Source: Acutalibacteraceae bacterium (GTDB lineage Bacteria; Bacillota; Clostridia; Oscillospirales; Acutalibacteraceae). From it: a stretch of 64,000 nt of DNA. A program made the position numbers and the translations under genes. Below are positions 17,076 to 25,833 of the stretch, piece by piece. The stretch's first letter is position 1; each line of letters begins with the position of its first letter. The stretch covers positions 275 through 64,274 of the forward strand of contig JAZNJO010000063.1 in NCBI GenBank assembly GCA_045578085.1. Reading direction: 5' to 3'. The notes under the pieces are model-generated. The model worked only from the letters and a program-made list of their open reading frames with translations, was not told the origin of the DNA and did no database searches.

Positions 17076-18923
17076 TTATGCAGTGGTGCTCGCCATAGCA
17101 GCCAGCACCTGCTCTTTCTGCTCGGGACTCATCTGCTCATAGGCTTGCCGCTCGTCATCAGACAGGGTGCTCAGCAGCATTTCCTCGTCTGTGACACCAC
17201 CCGTAGCATCGGCGGTTTCTTCATCCGCCATTAGCGCGGGGGACATCTTTGCGGTCACCTCTTTGATCAGGGTTTCCTGCTCCGGCACGCTGCCCTTGGG
17301 TAGGCGGTTCAGATACTGCACCGCATCGATCACACCGGCCTGGAACAGACCGTCCAAGGTCTGCCGCACGGTGATCTCACTCCACAGGCTGGCAGGACCC
17401 ACGTCCACACGGGCGTTCACGATGCAGGCTTTGCACTTTTCACCGTCAAAGGGGATGTACCACACGCCATTCTCGTCCTGCATTTTCAGCTTACGCACGC
17501 CGTACATATTGACCCAGTATTCCGCCCAGATTCGCGCCACGTCTTCCACGAAGGAATAGAAGCGGTTTTCCAGCAACTGCAACGGCATCGTGGCTGCCTC
17601 GCGCACGGCGATGATGGCGCTGGTGTTGTCCGGACGCATATCGCCCAGTGCGGCATCGTTGGCGCCAGCCTGAGAGAGGGTGGTGCTCATCATTCCGTTG
17701 ATCAGGTTGTCAAATTGAGGAGTAAAGTTCGGCGGGCTTACGTAGCGGATGGCATCATTAAGGGCGTTTTCACCGTACACCTCGACAATTTGTCCGGGAT
17801 CGTTGGTGATTGGTTCCGATACTACGTCGCGGTTGACCAGCATGATCGGCATTCCCATCATCATCACCGCCTCTGCCGATGCCGTTGCCGCTCGGTTGAT
17901 GGCGATCTGGTTGGGGACCAGATGCGTCACCTCGCTGACCCCGTAGGCGCAGTTGGCCATGCTTTCCCAGTTGATCCGTGCAATGGGATACAGCTGGAGG
18001 GCGGTATCCCACGCCGGACGGATCACGGCGCCTTCCACCACCCGCACCGCCATGATCTTGTAGGACACGCCGTCCTTGCTGTATTTTTTATACAGTTTGG
18101 TGATGACGGTGGCTTTCCTTTCCTCGGCGGCGGCTTTGTGGTTGTCTTCTCCGGCCATATATTCTGTTTGGTTATCGGCCTTGATGGCGTCGACTTCCTC
18201 CGCGGATCGCCCGTTTCGCCGCGCTTCCCGCTTCAGTTCGTCCACACTTCTTCTCTGCACCAGCAGGATATAGGGTTGTCCCTGCACGTCGTCCAGCGTC
18301 GGATCGCCATAGTAGACATTCTCTACATCCAGCACCTCACATCGGATGTCGCCGATGATGGGGGATTTTTTGCCGTCGTCGGCATATTGCCCCGTGCGGA
18401 TGGTATCGTCCCAGTAGGTATACAGGATGCCCGTTCCGGTTGTATAGGCTTTGCGGAGCGCCAGGCTTTTCAGCTCGTCGAATTTGACCCGCTCCGCCGT
18501 CACTTTATAATGGTCGGTCAGCATGTCCATCAGCAGGTTGATCTCGTCCTGTTGGGCGATGCTTTCCACATCCTGACGATCGCCAATGCTCTGCTGGCGA
18601 TATTCTTTCTTTTTCTGCGCCACGCGCTCTTGGATCTCACGGGTATAGGGCACGCCCTCCGCGGTGTATACAGCAGACAGTTGGGCACCCGTCACCATCG
18701 CCATCTTGTACTCGCCGATGCGCTTGATGATGTTATAGCGGATCAGAGGCTTTCCCTCGCCAGCCTGCACACCATTCCACTGATCACCGATGTAAAATCG
18801 CTCGTTGATACGGTTCTGTTCATACAGACCTCGCCGCCCGAGGGCACCCTTATAGTCGGCGCCCTTCTTGTATTCGGTGAAGATTACGCTCGGTTCATTC
18901 CATTCTGTTTTCTCTTTGTTCAT
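17076..18923 (-). CDS. Portal protein
   Basis: 615 aa. N-terminal RGLYEQNRINERFYIGDQW...YNIIKRIGEYKMAMV. Homologous to the 537-aa ORF adjacent to terL in the second element (58867-60480). Confidence 0.7.
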   Translation of the reverse strand: MNKEKTEWNEPSVIFTEYKKGADYKGALGRRGLYEQNRINERFYIGDQWNGVQAGEGKPLIRYNIIKRIGEYKMAMVTGAQLSAVYTAEGVPYTREIQERVAQKKKEYRQQSIGDRQDVESIAQQDEINLLMDMLTDHYKVTAERVKFDELKSLALRKAYTTGTGILYTYWDDTIRTGQYADDGKKSPIIGDIRCEVLDVENVYYGDPTLDDVQGQPYILLVQRRSVDELKREARRNGRSAEEVDAIKADNQTEYMAGEDNHKAAAEERKATVITKLYKKYSKDGVSYKIMAVRVVEGAVIRPAWDTALQLYPIARINWESMANCAYGVSEVTHLVPNQIAINRAATASAEAVMMMGMPIMLVNRDVVSEPITNDPGQIVEVYGENALNDAIRYVSPPNFTPQFDNLINGMMSTTLSQAGANDAALGDMRPDNTSAIIAVREAATMPLQLLENRFYSFVEDVARIWAEYWVNMYGVRKLKMQDENGVWYIPFDGEKCKACIVNARVDVGPASLWSEITVRQTLDGLFQAGVIDAVQYLNRLPKGSVPEQETLIKEVTAKMSPALMADEETADATGGVTDEEMLLSTLSDDERQAYEQMSPEQKEQVLAAMASTTA

Positions 18924-18989
18924 ACACAATAGCTCCTTTCAAAGCGCATAAGAGACACCACCGATCCCTCGATGATGTCTGTTATACGT

Positions 18990-19361
18990 TCATCCCTCCG
19001 GAATGGGGATGCGGTCGGTGACCCTTTTGCTGCCGCGGGGTACACTCTGTCGCCGCCGGTCGTATTCTTCCGCAAAGCGGTTGTAGTTGTCCCCGTCGTT
19101 TTCGCTGTGCGCAAGATACATAGCCACGCCGGGCACTGCCACCAACAGCGCAACGTCATCTGCAACAGGCAGTTCCGTGGCCAAAGTGTCCACCTTAACC
19201 GGCTTTTCTCCTTGGATACGCAGTATATCGGTTAACACCACATTGAGCACCGGCAGACTGCGACGGATCTGCTCTGCGTTGAGCGCGTTGTCCGGCTCGC
19301 CCGTCGGAGTCGTATAGTTTAATTGGAGCAGCGCCTGCTCCACCACCTCGTATCCCGTCAT
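18990..19361 (-). CDS. Head-completion/connector-like small protein (123 aa)
   Basis: Trimmed to MTGYEVVEQALLQLNY.... The upstream Arg-rich extension in the ORF track is an out-of-frame read of the 48-bp repeats. Counterpart of 57169-57525 (MTGMSILRQALSLMG...). Confidence 0.5.
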   Translation of the reverse strand: MTGYEVVEQALLQLNYTTPTGEPDNALNAEQIRRSLPVLNVVLTDILRIQGEKPVKVDTLATELPVADDVALLVAVPGVAMYLAHSENDGDNYNRFAEEYDRRRQSVPRGSKRVTDRIPIPEG

Positions 19362-19368
19362 AGGCGGC

Positions 19369-19686
19369 TCACTCCTCCGTTTTGGCGTTCTTGCCCTTAC
19401 CCTTCGGTGCGTTGGTCTTCTTCGTCTCCTCCGCGGGGTCGGGGTCCTCATCAGCAGGCGGCTGGGTTGTCTCCTCCTTCGCGGGGTCGGGGTCCTCATC
19501 AGCAGGCGGCTGGGTCGTGTCTTCCTCCGCAGGGTCGGGGTCCTCATCAGCAGGCGGCAGGGTCGTCTCTTCCTCCGCAGGGTCGGGGTCGATCAACTTG
19601 TAACCTTTGCTGAGCAGTTCATCCCTCTTGTGCTCACTTTCTACGATTTTCTGCACGTTACCGTGCTCGCTGACCAGTGTAAACAT
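19369..19686 (-). CDS. Small acidic repeat protein (105 aa), possible capsid decoration/accessory protein
   Basis: MFTLVSEHGNVQKIVESEHKRDELLSKGYKL, then about 3.5 copies of a 16-aa unit PDPAEE[ED]TT[LQ]PPADED (48-bp DNA tandem repeat), then a Lys-rich tail. Confidence 0.5.
   Translation of the reverse strand: MFTLVSEHGNVQKIVESEHKRDELLSKGYKLIDPDPAEEETTLPPADEDPDPAEEDTTQPPADEDPDPAKEETTQPPADEDPDPAEETKKTNAPKGKGKNAKTEE
19430..19590. repeat. 48-bp tandem repeat (about 3.5 copies) inside the 19369-19686 CDS
   Basis: ggggtcggggtcctcatcagcaggcggctgggt... recurs with few substitutions. Confidence 0.75.
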
Positions 19687-19764
19687 CGTTTTTCCTCCTT
19701 TTTGATCGTTAGCGCAAAAACGGGTCAAGGCCCGAGGGTTTTTCCCCCGGGCCAAAGGCTCCGT

Positions 19765-20676
19765 TTAATATACGTAGGCGTAGATGCCGGTCTCGTACGA
19801 CCCCTTAATGAAGGCGTCGTAGTACACGCGATAGTCGCCCTTCCAAGCATCCGCGTTGATGTTCTCGCTGGGCTTGAAGATGCGGGTCTTCTCGGTCTTT
19901 TTGACCAGGCTGCAGGCCTTCTTGGGTACCACCAGCAGACCGATGCTCTTGGCGGAGCCGGTGGGCACAAAGCCGCCCTCGGTCTGACCCTCGGTGGAGC
20001 CGTCGTTGAAGGTGTAGGCGCTCTTCATGCGGTTATCGGTCACGGGAATGATCGCCACGTCGTTGAGCTTCTTCACCTTGGTGGTCATTTCGCCGCGCTT
20101 AAAGTCGCTGATGACCAGCTGGCGGTTGATCTCCGGGGTGTTCAACATGGCAGAGTGGAAGGTGGAATCCACAAAAGCCACCAGCTCCTCATCATAGCCC
20201 ACGGCGTTCTGCACCTTGCCGATAGCCTCGGTGATCATCTTGTAGGCGGCGCTGGCAGGGGTGCCGGTGACCGTCTGGTTCTTGGTTGCGGCCAAACCGG
20301 CCAGCTTGGACAGCACGTAGGCGTCCATCTCGGGGATCACCTTCACGCGCACAAACTCGCCCATGGTCTTGCCCATAAGGTCGGCAATGCCGCTCTCGTC
20401 CGCATCCTGATCGTCGATCTGGAAGCTGCGGCCGCGATCCTGCTGCAGGGTAAAGGGGGTGTTGGTGACCGACACGGCACCACGGACAAAGCCGGTGTCA
20501 CGGTCATAGTCACCCAGACCCTGCATATCCACCTCGGGGATGAGCACGGTCTTGGCACCGACAAACTTTGCCTGCAGCACGTTGTCGGCAAACATACCGG
20601 TGACGGAGCGCTGCACCAGAGCCTTGTCCAGCGCATCGGTCAGTTTTTGATTGGCGGTAATGGAATTGATAGGCAT
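19765..20676 (-). CDS. Major capsid protein (303 aa)
   Basis: Follows the scaffold gene. Paralogue at 57552-58463 sharing GLGDYDRDTGFV, DRGRSFQ, DESGIADL, VDAYVLSKLAGLA, QTVTGTPA, EELVAFVD and a C-terminal GIYAYVY. Confidence 0.7.
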   Translation of the reverse strand: MPINSITANQKLTDALDKALVQRSVTGMFADNVLQAKFVGAKTVLIPEVDMQGLGDYDRDTGFVRGAVSVTNTPFTLQQDRGRSFQIDDQDADESGIADLMGKTMGEFVRVKVIPEMDAYVLSKLAGLAATKNQTVTGTPASAAYKMITEAIGKVQNAVGYDEELVAFVDSTFHSAMLNTPEINRQLVISDFKRGEMTTKVKKLNDVAIIPVTDNRMKSAYTFNDGSTEGQTEGGFVPTGSAKSIGLLVVPKKACSLVKKTEKTRIFKPSENINADAWKGDYRVYYDAFIKGSYETGIYAYVY

Positions 20677-20697
20677 ATGTTTCTCTCCTCTTCTTTG

Positions 20698-21513
20698 TTA
20701 AAATGCGGATTCAACACCGCGCACCAGAGCGGCCGCCGCTTCGTCCATATCGCCGGAGGGCGGATGATCCGCCATGCTTCCGGTGGAGGCTTTGGCGGCT
20801 GCGGCCTGTGCCGCGCGGTTCTTTTCGATTTTCTTGCCTTCGCGCCGTTCATAGCGCAAATAGGCATCCAACAGATGACGTCCGTTTTTCACGGCGTCGT
20901 TGACCACCTCTTGGGGGATGGTCCCGTAGTCCGTCACCTCGGGATACTCCTCGCGGAGCTCGGCAAACTCGGCAGCTAGGCGATCGGTCAGGGATCGCTC
21001 AGCGGCGGCCTCCTGTTCCTGTTCCTGCGCTGCGCGGGCGTTGCAGGCGGCGCGGCGCTGCTCCAGATCGTATTTCAGGAGCTTCTGCGCTTCCTCCTCG
21101 TTTCCTCCCGTGATTTGCAGTTTGCTTTCCAGCAAGTGACGTTCCTCCGCCCGCGACCAGGCGGCAACAAATTCCGCCGGAGACTGCCCTCGGGCGCTGG
21201 CCATCATCGCCAGTTGATCCATCATCTCCTGTTCCGACTCCCGCAGCATACCCAACTGGGCGTAGCGGGTGGCTTCCTCCGTCGATAAATCCCGCGTCTC
21301 GTGGCGGAACTTTACCGGCAACACAAAAGTGTCCGGCTCTTGCGCTTCTTCCTCCGCCTGAGTCTCCGTCGGTGTGGTGCCCTCAGGCTGCTCTTCGGCT
21401 TCGGTTTCCGCTGTGGTTTCCACCGCCGCCTCGTCTTCGGCGGTGCTTTCGGTCTCGGTTGCCTCCGGTGTGGTGTCCTCGGCTGCCGTAACCTCCATAA
21501 TCTCTTCGTCCAT
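20698..21513 (-). CDS. Scaffolding protein (271 aa)
   Basis: Acidic, Ala/Glu-rich and helical. Start at the ATG at 21513 behind AGGAGG. Located immediately upstream of the capsid gene. Confidence 0.6.
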   Translation of the reverse strand: MDEEIMEVTAAEDTTPEATETESTAEDEAAVETTAETEAEEQPEGTTPTETQAEEEAQEPDTFVLPVKFRHETRDLSTEEATRYAQLGMLRESEQEMMDQLAMMASARGQSPAEFVAAWSRAEERHLLESKLQITGGNEEEAQKLLKYDLEQRRAACNARAAQEQEQEAAAERSLTDRLAAEFAELREEYPEVTDYGTIPQEVVNDAVKNGRHLLDAYLRYERREGKKIEKNRAAQAAAAKASTGSMADHPPSGDMDEAAAALVRGVESAF

Positions 21514-21567
21514 TTTCTTTCCTCCTTGCCCATGGTGAGGGCTCGTCGTTATATGCAAAGGCGGCTG

Positions 21568-21807
21568 TTATTCGCCGCTTTCTGCCAAGATGGTGTTGCG
21601 GTTGATCGGCTTCTGTGGTTCACCGTCATAGCGCATAAAGTTTTGGTGCTCCCTCTTGCATACCGCCCGCTCCGTTTCGTCTGCCGCCGTCCGCGGCATA
21701 GGAGGCTTGCGGTCTGCTTTTTTTGCCTTCACAGGCGGTTTCAGCCCGGATCGATAAAAGGCCGCCACAGCCACAACGAGGGCGACCACGCTCAACAGTT
21801 CTCCCAT
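21568..21807 (-). CDS. Small membrane protein (79 aa)
   Basis: MGELLSVVALVVAVAAFY... and NFMRYDGEPQKPI. Counterpart of 60470-60676 (…NFLYYDGTEMPIEE). Confidence 0.45.
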   Translation of the reverse strand: MGELLSVVALVVAVAAFYRSGLKPPVKAKKADRKPPMPRTAADETERAVCKREHQNFMRYDGEPQKPINRNTILAESGE

Positions 21808-21974
21808 CGGTATCGTTTTTCCCCTTTCTCCAGGTGGCAGATCACCTCCGCCACCTCGTCCATTTCTTCCGTCAGCAGATCCAGCTGACGCGGATCGGCG
21901 CCGGCGGCTCGCTTTTTCTCTTCCAGTTCTTGCAGCGCGGCAAGGGTTTTGCGGTATTCCGTGATAACACTCAT
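21792..21974 (-). CDS. Small coiled-coil protein (60 aa)
   Basis: MSVITEYRKTLAALQELEEKKR...LTEEMDEVAEVICHLE. Resembles the 66-aa ORF at 61973-62173 (…LLEEEMDELCEAMRMM). Confidence 0.45.
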   Translation of the reverse strand: MSVITEYRKTLAALQELEEKKRAAGADPRQLDLLTEEMDEVAEVICHLEKGEKRYRWENC

Positions 21975-23302
21975 AAGAAACCTCCCCGCATATCCTCCGC
22001 CGTGACGCTGGTGCGGCTTTGCCGCGGCGGACGGGGTTTGTCCACAGGCGGCTTAAACGCCGCCACGTCCTCCATGGCGTAGCGCAGGGCATCCATCAGA
22101 TGGTTGTCCCGATCCACCGGCTCATTGATTGCCTTGCCGGTCTTATCCGTCTTCCACCGATAAACACCCAGCTCCGTCGCCGTGTTCCAGCAGGCGCTGT
22201 GTACGATGATCTTGTATTCCTGCAGGCGGGTGATGCCGTTGATGATGCTATCGCGACCTTTGGTTGCTGCACACACTCTGGTCAGTCCCAGCCGCCGCAG
22301 ATCGTCGTTGCTCTTGGGTTCGGCGGCGTCGGCACGGATGCGCTCTTTTTTGTATCCCTTCCGCGTGATCATCGCGGCAATATCCGTGTTGAGCATCTTG
22401 TGCTCATAGTGCTCGTCGTATATGTAGATCACCCGCTCCATCGGATTCACAGCCGCCGCGATGAAGGCGGTGGGGTCGTTGGTGTATCCGTAGTCCAGCC
22501 CGAATACGTGGCGCCATTGCCACGGTTTTTCAGCGGTCACCTCTTTGATGTCAAAGGTGTTCACCGTCCAGTTTTCCAGCACCAGCCCTTCCGCCACGCC
22601 CCAGTTGCCCAGCCCGGCCACGTCGTATTTGCGGGGCTGTTTTTGCTTCATCCGCTCATAGATGGCACGATCCTCGGCGTCTAGGAACTCGTTGCACAGA
22701 TAGTTGGTGGTCATCACCAGCGCATCCTCCGGCGGATCGTCGAAGAATCGGCTTTTCAGCCAGTGGTGCTCACTCCACGGGTTAAAGGTCACGGTGGTCT
22801 GTTTAAACAGCGGCTCCGGCACCTTTCCACGGGGCACCGACAGATCCAACTTGTCGAAGTCGTCCTCTTTATCAATCTCAAAGGCCTCCTCCAGCCACAC
22901 CCAGCACAGGTGTCCTTGCGGCACCGTCAGAGAGGCCAGCTTCTGCACGTCATCCATACCACGGAACAGAATCCTCTGCCCTGTGGGCAGATAGGTCATC
23001 TCCAGCGGACTTTTGGTGGTCCTCCACCACCGCTCGGCGTGCAGCCGGCGGATGGCCCACTGCAGCTGGGATACGGTACTGCTGCGGTGGGTGTCCATAA
23101 CCTTACGCACCACCAGCAGATTGGCACCAGGATGCTTCATCAGGTGATAGATGTACCACAGTGCTGTCGTGCTGCTCTTTTTGCTGGCCTTGCCGCCCTT
23201 GACCACCCGATAACGGCGGCGGCAGTTCCAGAACTCGCGGTATCCCGCTCCGATGATCTCCGGCAAATACACGGTGTTTTCGTTGTCCATGCGATCCATC
23301 AC
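21971..23302 (-). CDS. terL: Terminase large subunit (PBSX-type)
   Basis: 443 aa. RYRVVKGGKASKKSSTTALWYIYHL (Walker A-like), FGLDYGYTNDPTAF, DRDNHLMDALRYAMEDV nuclease end. Confidence 0.85.
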   Translation of the reverse strand: MMDRMDNENTVYLPEIIGAGYREFWNCRRRYRVVKGGKASKKSSTTALWYIYHLMKHPGANLLVVRKVMDTHRSSTVSQLQWAIRRLHAERWWRTTKSPLEMTYLPTGQRILFRGMDDVQKLASLTVPQGHLCWVWLEEAFEIDKEDDFDKLDLSVPRGKVPEPLFKQTTVTFNPWSEHHWLKSRFFDDPPEDALVMTTNYLCNEFLDAEDRAIYERMKQKQPRKYDVAGLGNWGVAEGLVLENWTVNTFDIKEVTAEKPWQWRHVFGLDYGYTNDPTAFIAAAVNPMERVIYIYDEHYEHKMLNTDIAAMITRKGYKKERIRADAAEPKSNDDLRRLGLTRVCAATKGRDSIINGITRLQEYKIIVHSACWNTATELGVYRWKTDKTGKAINEPVDRDNHLMDALRYAMEDVAAFKPPVDKPRPPRQSRTSVTAEDMRGGFL

Positions 23303-23748
23303 TCTTTTATGTCCTCCTCTCCGGAGTAAAAGACGGGGCCGCTGTGCTCTTCCGGCTGCTCCTTGCGCTCAAACATACCCAGGTGCTTGCCCGCCAGCTC
23401 CAGCGCCTTCACCGCGCCTCTGGCGTCGATCTGATATTCGCCGGTAGGTACCATCTCGTGGTTTATGTAGTCCCATTTCATTACCGGCTTTTCCGCTTTG
23501 CAGATGGCCACCACGTCCATCAGCTCAAGGATCACCCGCTCCTGGGTGAGCATTAGCCGTTCCGCCATCTCCTTTTGGATCTCGCGAATCCGTTTCAGGA
23601 TACGGGGGTCCTTCATCAGCTTGCATCCCATTTTCGCGGCGTTTTTCTCGGAATAGCCGGCGCGGATGGCCGCCTTCGTCTTGATATAGTCCAGTGTGTA
23701 TTCCAAGCAAAATCGGTCTTCTTTCATTGTCAGCGGGCGCTCGTCCAT
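23299..23748 (-). CDS. terS: Terminase small subunit (Terminase_2-like)
   Basis: MDERPLTMKEDRFCLEYTLDYIKTKAAIRAGYSEKNAAKMGCKLMKDPRILKRI, the typical N-terminal HTH of this family. Start at 23748 behind GGAGGTGA. Confidence 0.75.
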   Translation of the reverse strand: MDERPLTMKEDRFCLEYTLDYIKTKAAIRAGYSEKNAAKMGCKLMKDPRILKRIREIQKEMAERLMLTQERVILELMDVVAICKAEKPVMKWDYINHEMVPTGEYQIDARGAVKALELAGKHLGMFERKEQPEEHSGPVFYSGEEDIKE

Positions 23749-23784
23749 CGGCTCACCTCCGTGCTCGTCGCCTCGTTTTGGGTA

Positions 23785-23833
23785 AAAGAAAAGCACCTTG
23801 CCGCCGACGTTTGTGTCGGTTGCAAAGTGCTTT
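23785..23833 (-). terminator. Strong intrinsic terminator inside the late-operon leader, about 40 nt upstream of terS
   Basis: Minus strand: AAGCACTTTGCAACCGACacaaaCGTCGGCGGCAAGGTGCTT followed by TTCTTTT. Confidence 0.6.
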
Positions 23834-24075
23834 CGTTATGATCCGAGGATTCTTCCGCACGGCTGATGGTGCCGCCGTTTTCTCTCCCCGGCCGGGGCCG
23901 TGCGCCTCACGAGCAACACGGCACGATCCCTTTATGTTGTTTGTTTCCCCCACCCCACAAGAGGGAGCCGATCCGAAAATCGCCAATCGGACCCGCTCCC
24001 TCCCGATGAGAAAAGGAATGATAGCAGAGAAGCTCTGACGGTGGAGGTATCCTCTACACGCCTCTCTACACTATC

Positions 24076-24119
24076 ATTATAGCATGGTTTTTCGGTGATT
24101 TTGTCCCAGGTTTGTCCCA
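24076..24119 (-). promoter_or_regulatory. Candidate late promoter with two TGGGACAAA direct repeats
   Basis: Minus strand: TGGGACAAAccTGGGACAAA (11-bp period, 24119-24100), 18 nt, then TATAAT (24081-24076). Confidence 0.5.
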
Positions 24120-24187
24120 AGTTTTGCGGCGCATAGAATAGAGGTAGAGTATAATTCGGAATGGTACCCGCGTGCGCAGGCGGCGCC

Positions 24188-24640
24188 TTACCTTTTCTTC
24201 CCCTTTTTTGGGGTTGTGTCTATATATCCCATCCGACAGGCAAAGTGCCACAGCGCCACCTCCCGCAGGCGATACACCTCGGAGCGGCTGATGTGCAGGC
24301 GGTCTTCCAGCCGCCTTACTGCTTGACCGGGCTTGAGCCCACGACAGAAGAACAGTTTGAGTGCCAGCCACTCCTGCTCATCCAGAGCGGCGGCCACATG
24401 ATCCACGTGGCGCAGGTGAGCGCGCACGGCTTTTTCTTTTTCGCAGAGCACCCGCTTTTCATCCATCAGCGCTTTCATTTTTGCGCTGGGCTCCTTTTCT
24501 CCGGCGACTATGTATCCGAGCTCCGAGGCGGCCACCATATCGGCGTCCAACTGCTGTATCTGAACCCGCAATCCTTCCACCGCCTGCCGCTTCGTTTCCA
24601 GCTCGCTCAGATCCTTCTTTGCCTGCTCGATCCCGTCCAT
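24188..24640 (-). CDS. Late-gene transcriptional activator, sigma-70 region-4-like HTH (DUF1492/RinA-ArpU-like class)
   Basis: 150 aa. N-terminal coiled-coil. C-terminal LDEQEWLALKLFFCRGLKPGQAVRRLEDRLHISRSEVYRLREVAL. Lies directly upstream of the packaging genes. Confidence 0.6.
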   Translation of the reverse strand: MDGIEQAKKDLSELETKRQAVEGLRVQIQQLDADMVAASELGYIVAGEKEPSAKMKALMDEKRVLCEKEKAVRAHLRHVDHVAAALDEQEWLALKLFFCRGLKPGQAVRRLEDRLHISRSEVYRLREVALWHFACRMGYIDTTPKKGKKR

Positions 24641-24664
24641 TCTTTCGCACCACCTTTCCGCTTC

Positions 24665-25195
24665 TCACTTACCCCAGTTTAAAAAATCCAGCACACCGCG
24701 GGTGTTATAGCGCACCCGATACGGGGCAGCCTCCTCACGGGTCATAAACTTGTGGCCGAACAGTTCCTTCATCCGCTTCCAGTCGGTCCAAGGCACCGTG
24801 GCATACACATCACCAAAAGATACCACCACAAAACAGAGTGCGTTCATCGCACTGTGGTTATCCAGATATTCCCCCTGCTCCTTGGTCACGATCTTCTGCT
24901 CGATTTTGCCGGTGCGGGTGGTCTTGGCCTCAAACATGACCGCCCGACCGCTGCTCAGTGTTCCTTGAAAATCCGGTTGCGCCTTTTTGCCGAAGCAGCA
25001 GACAAACTGCCCGTTCTCCATCGGCCGCAACACCCGCATCGGCTCCGGCGTTTTTTCAATGGCAGCCAACCCCATCGCACGGTAATACCCGCAGGCGACG
25101 AGGATCTGTTCCTCCAGGGCAGCGCCCTGTGCCCGGTTCTTGGCACCAATAAACTTGGCCCGCTCCGTCTTCTGTTCGGCTTTCATTCCCGCCAC
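24665..25195 (-). CDS. recU: RecU-type Holliday junction resolvase
   Basis: PDFQGTLSSGRAVMFEAKTT...EQGEYL matches the RecU D-x-G...G-x-x-x-F-[DE]-x-K core. Confidence 0.7.
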   Translation of the reverse strand: MAGMKAEQKTERAKFIGAKNRAQGAALEEQILVACGYYRAMGLAAIEKTPEPMRVLRPMENGQFVCCFGKKAQPDFQGTLSSGRAVMFEAKTTRTGKIEQKIVTKEQGEYLDNHSAMNALCFVVVSFGDVYATVPWTDWKRMKELFGHKFMTREEAAPYRVRYNTRGVLDFLNWGK

Positions 25196-25198
25196 CGC

Positions 25199-25504
25199 TT
25201 ACAGAGTGTGGCAGCCCATCCCATCGATGAGCCGGATCAGTTCTTCCCGAACTTCTCCAATTACGTCCTTTTGCACCTCTAGTTCACTCCTCATATTCTG
25301 CGCGTCCGGGTATTCTTCTTTCGGTATTTCGCCACCCAGCATCGCAACCCTTAAGCATCGAGCCAGGTACAGATTTTCCCGCATCATTTCCACACATTGT
25401 CCGTGTATCTCGATGATGGTGGGTTGCTTTTCGCGTTTGTCTGCGCAGGTGGAGCGAGCGCACGCTTCCTCATCAGGATACATGCCCGTTTTTGCTTCGT
25501 TCAT
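25199..25504 (-). CDS. Hypothetical phage protein (101 aa)
   Basis: ORF with GGAGGAAGAAGA-ATG. No motif recognised. Confidence 0.5.
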   Translation of the reverse strand: MNEAKTGMYPDEEACARSTCADKREKQPTIIEIHGQCVEMMRENLYLARCLRVAMLGGEIPKEEYPDAQNMRSELEVQKDVIGEVREELIRLIDGMGCHTL

Positions 25505-25833
25505 TCTTCTTCCTCCTGTTCGTCTTCTGCCCTCGTGGCATAGGGCACCTCGTAGTCGCTGGGCATATAGTCCAGACCCGCCACTGTCACGATGCAGGGT
25601 TTAATGCTCATAATAACGAAGCCTTTTCGCGTGTAGGCTTCATCTCTCCAGATACCGTCCACGTGCACCAGGCAACTGTTGCCCGTGTAGGTGTCCAGCA
25701 CGGGGTTGTATTCGTTCAGCGCCAGCAGGTCGCCATAGCGGAACGGACGATCATCCACCCGCACCTCAAAGGTTTTTCTGCCGGCGATCACCTCCGAAAA
25801 GTATTCCGGATGAATCTTCAATGCGTGGATCAT
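25501..25833 (-). CDS. DUF3850/ASCH-fold protein
   Basis: MIHALKIHPEYFSEVIAGRKTFEVRVDDRPFRYGDLLALNEY is typical of DUF3850 (PUA/ASCH-like). Confidence 0.65.
   Translation of the reverse strand: MIHALKIHPEYFSEVIAGRKTFEVRVDDRPFRYGDLLALNEYNPVLDTYTGNSCLVHVDGIWRDEAYTRKGFVIMSIKPCIVTVAGLDYMPSDYEVPYATRAEDEQEEEE

Noticed and set aside
18990-19547. 185-aa version of the post-capsid gene with an Arg/Pro/Thr-rich N-terminus
   Set aside because: The N-terminal 62 aa are an alternative-frame read of the 48-bp tandem repeat belonging to 19369-19686. The homologue in the second element starts at the MTG... position.
19630-20979. 449-aa plus-strand ORF
   Set aside because: It is antisense to the capsid and scaffold genes. 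It is a shadow ORF.
23749-24187. Known self-cleaving ribozyme or riboswitch in the terS leader
   Set aside because: I could not find a convincing hammerhead (CUGAUGA...GAAA) or other core by eye. Only generic hairpins and a terminator are evident, so it is reported as an unclassified leader.
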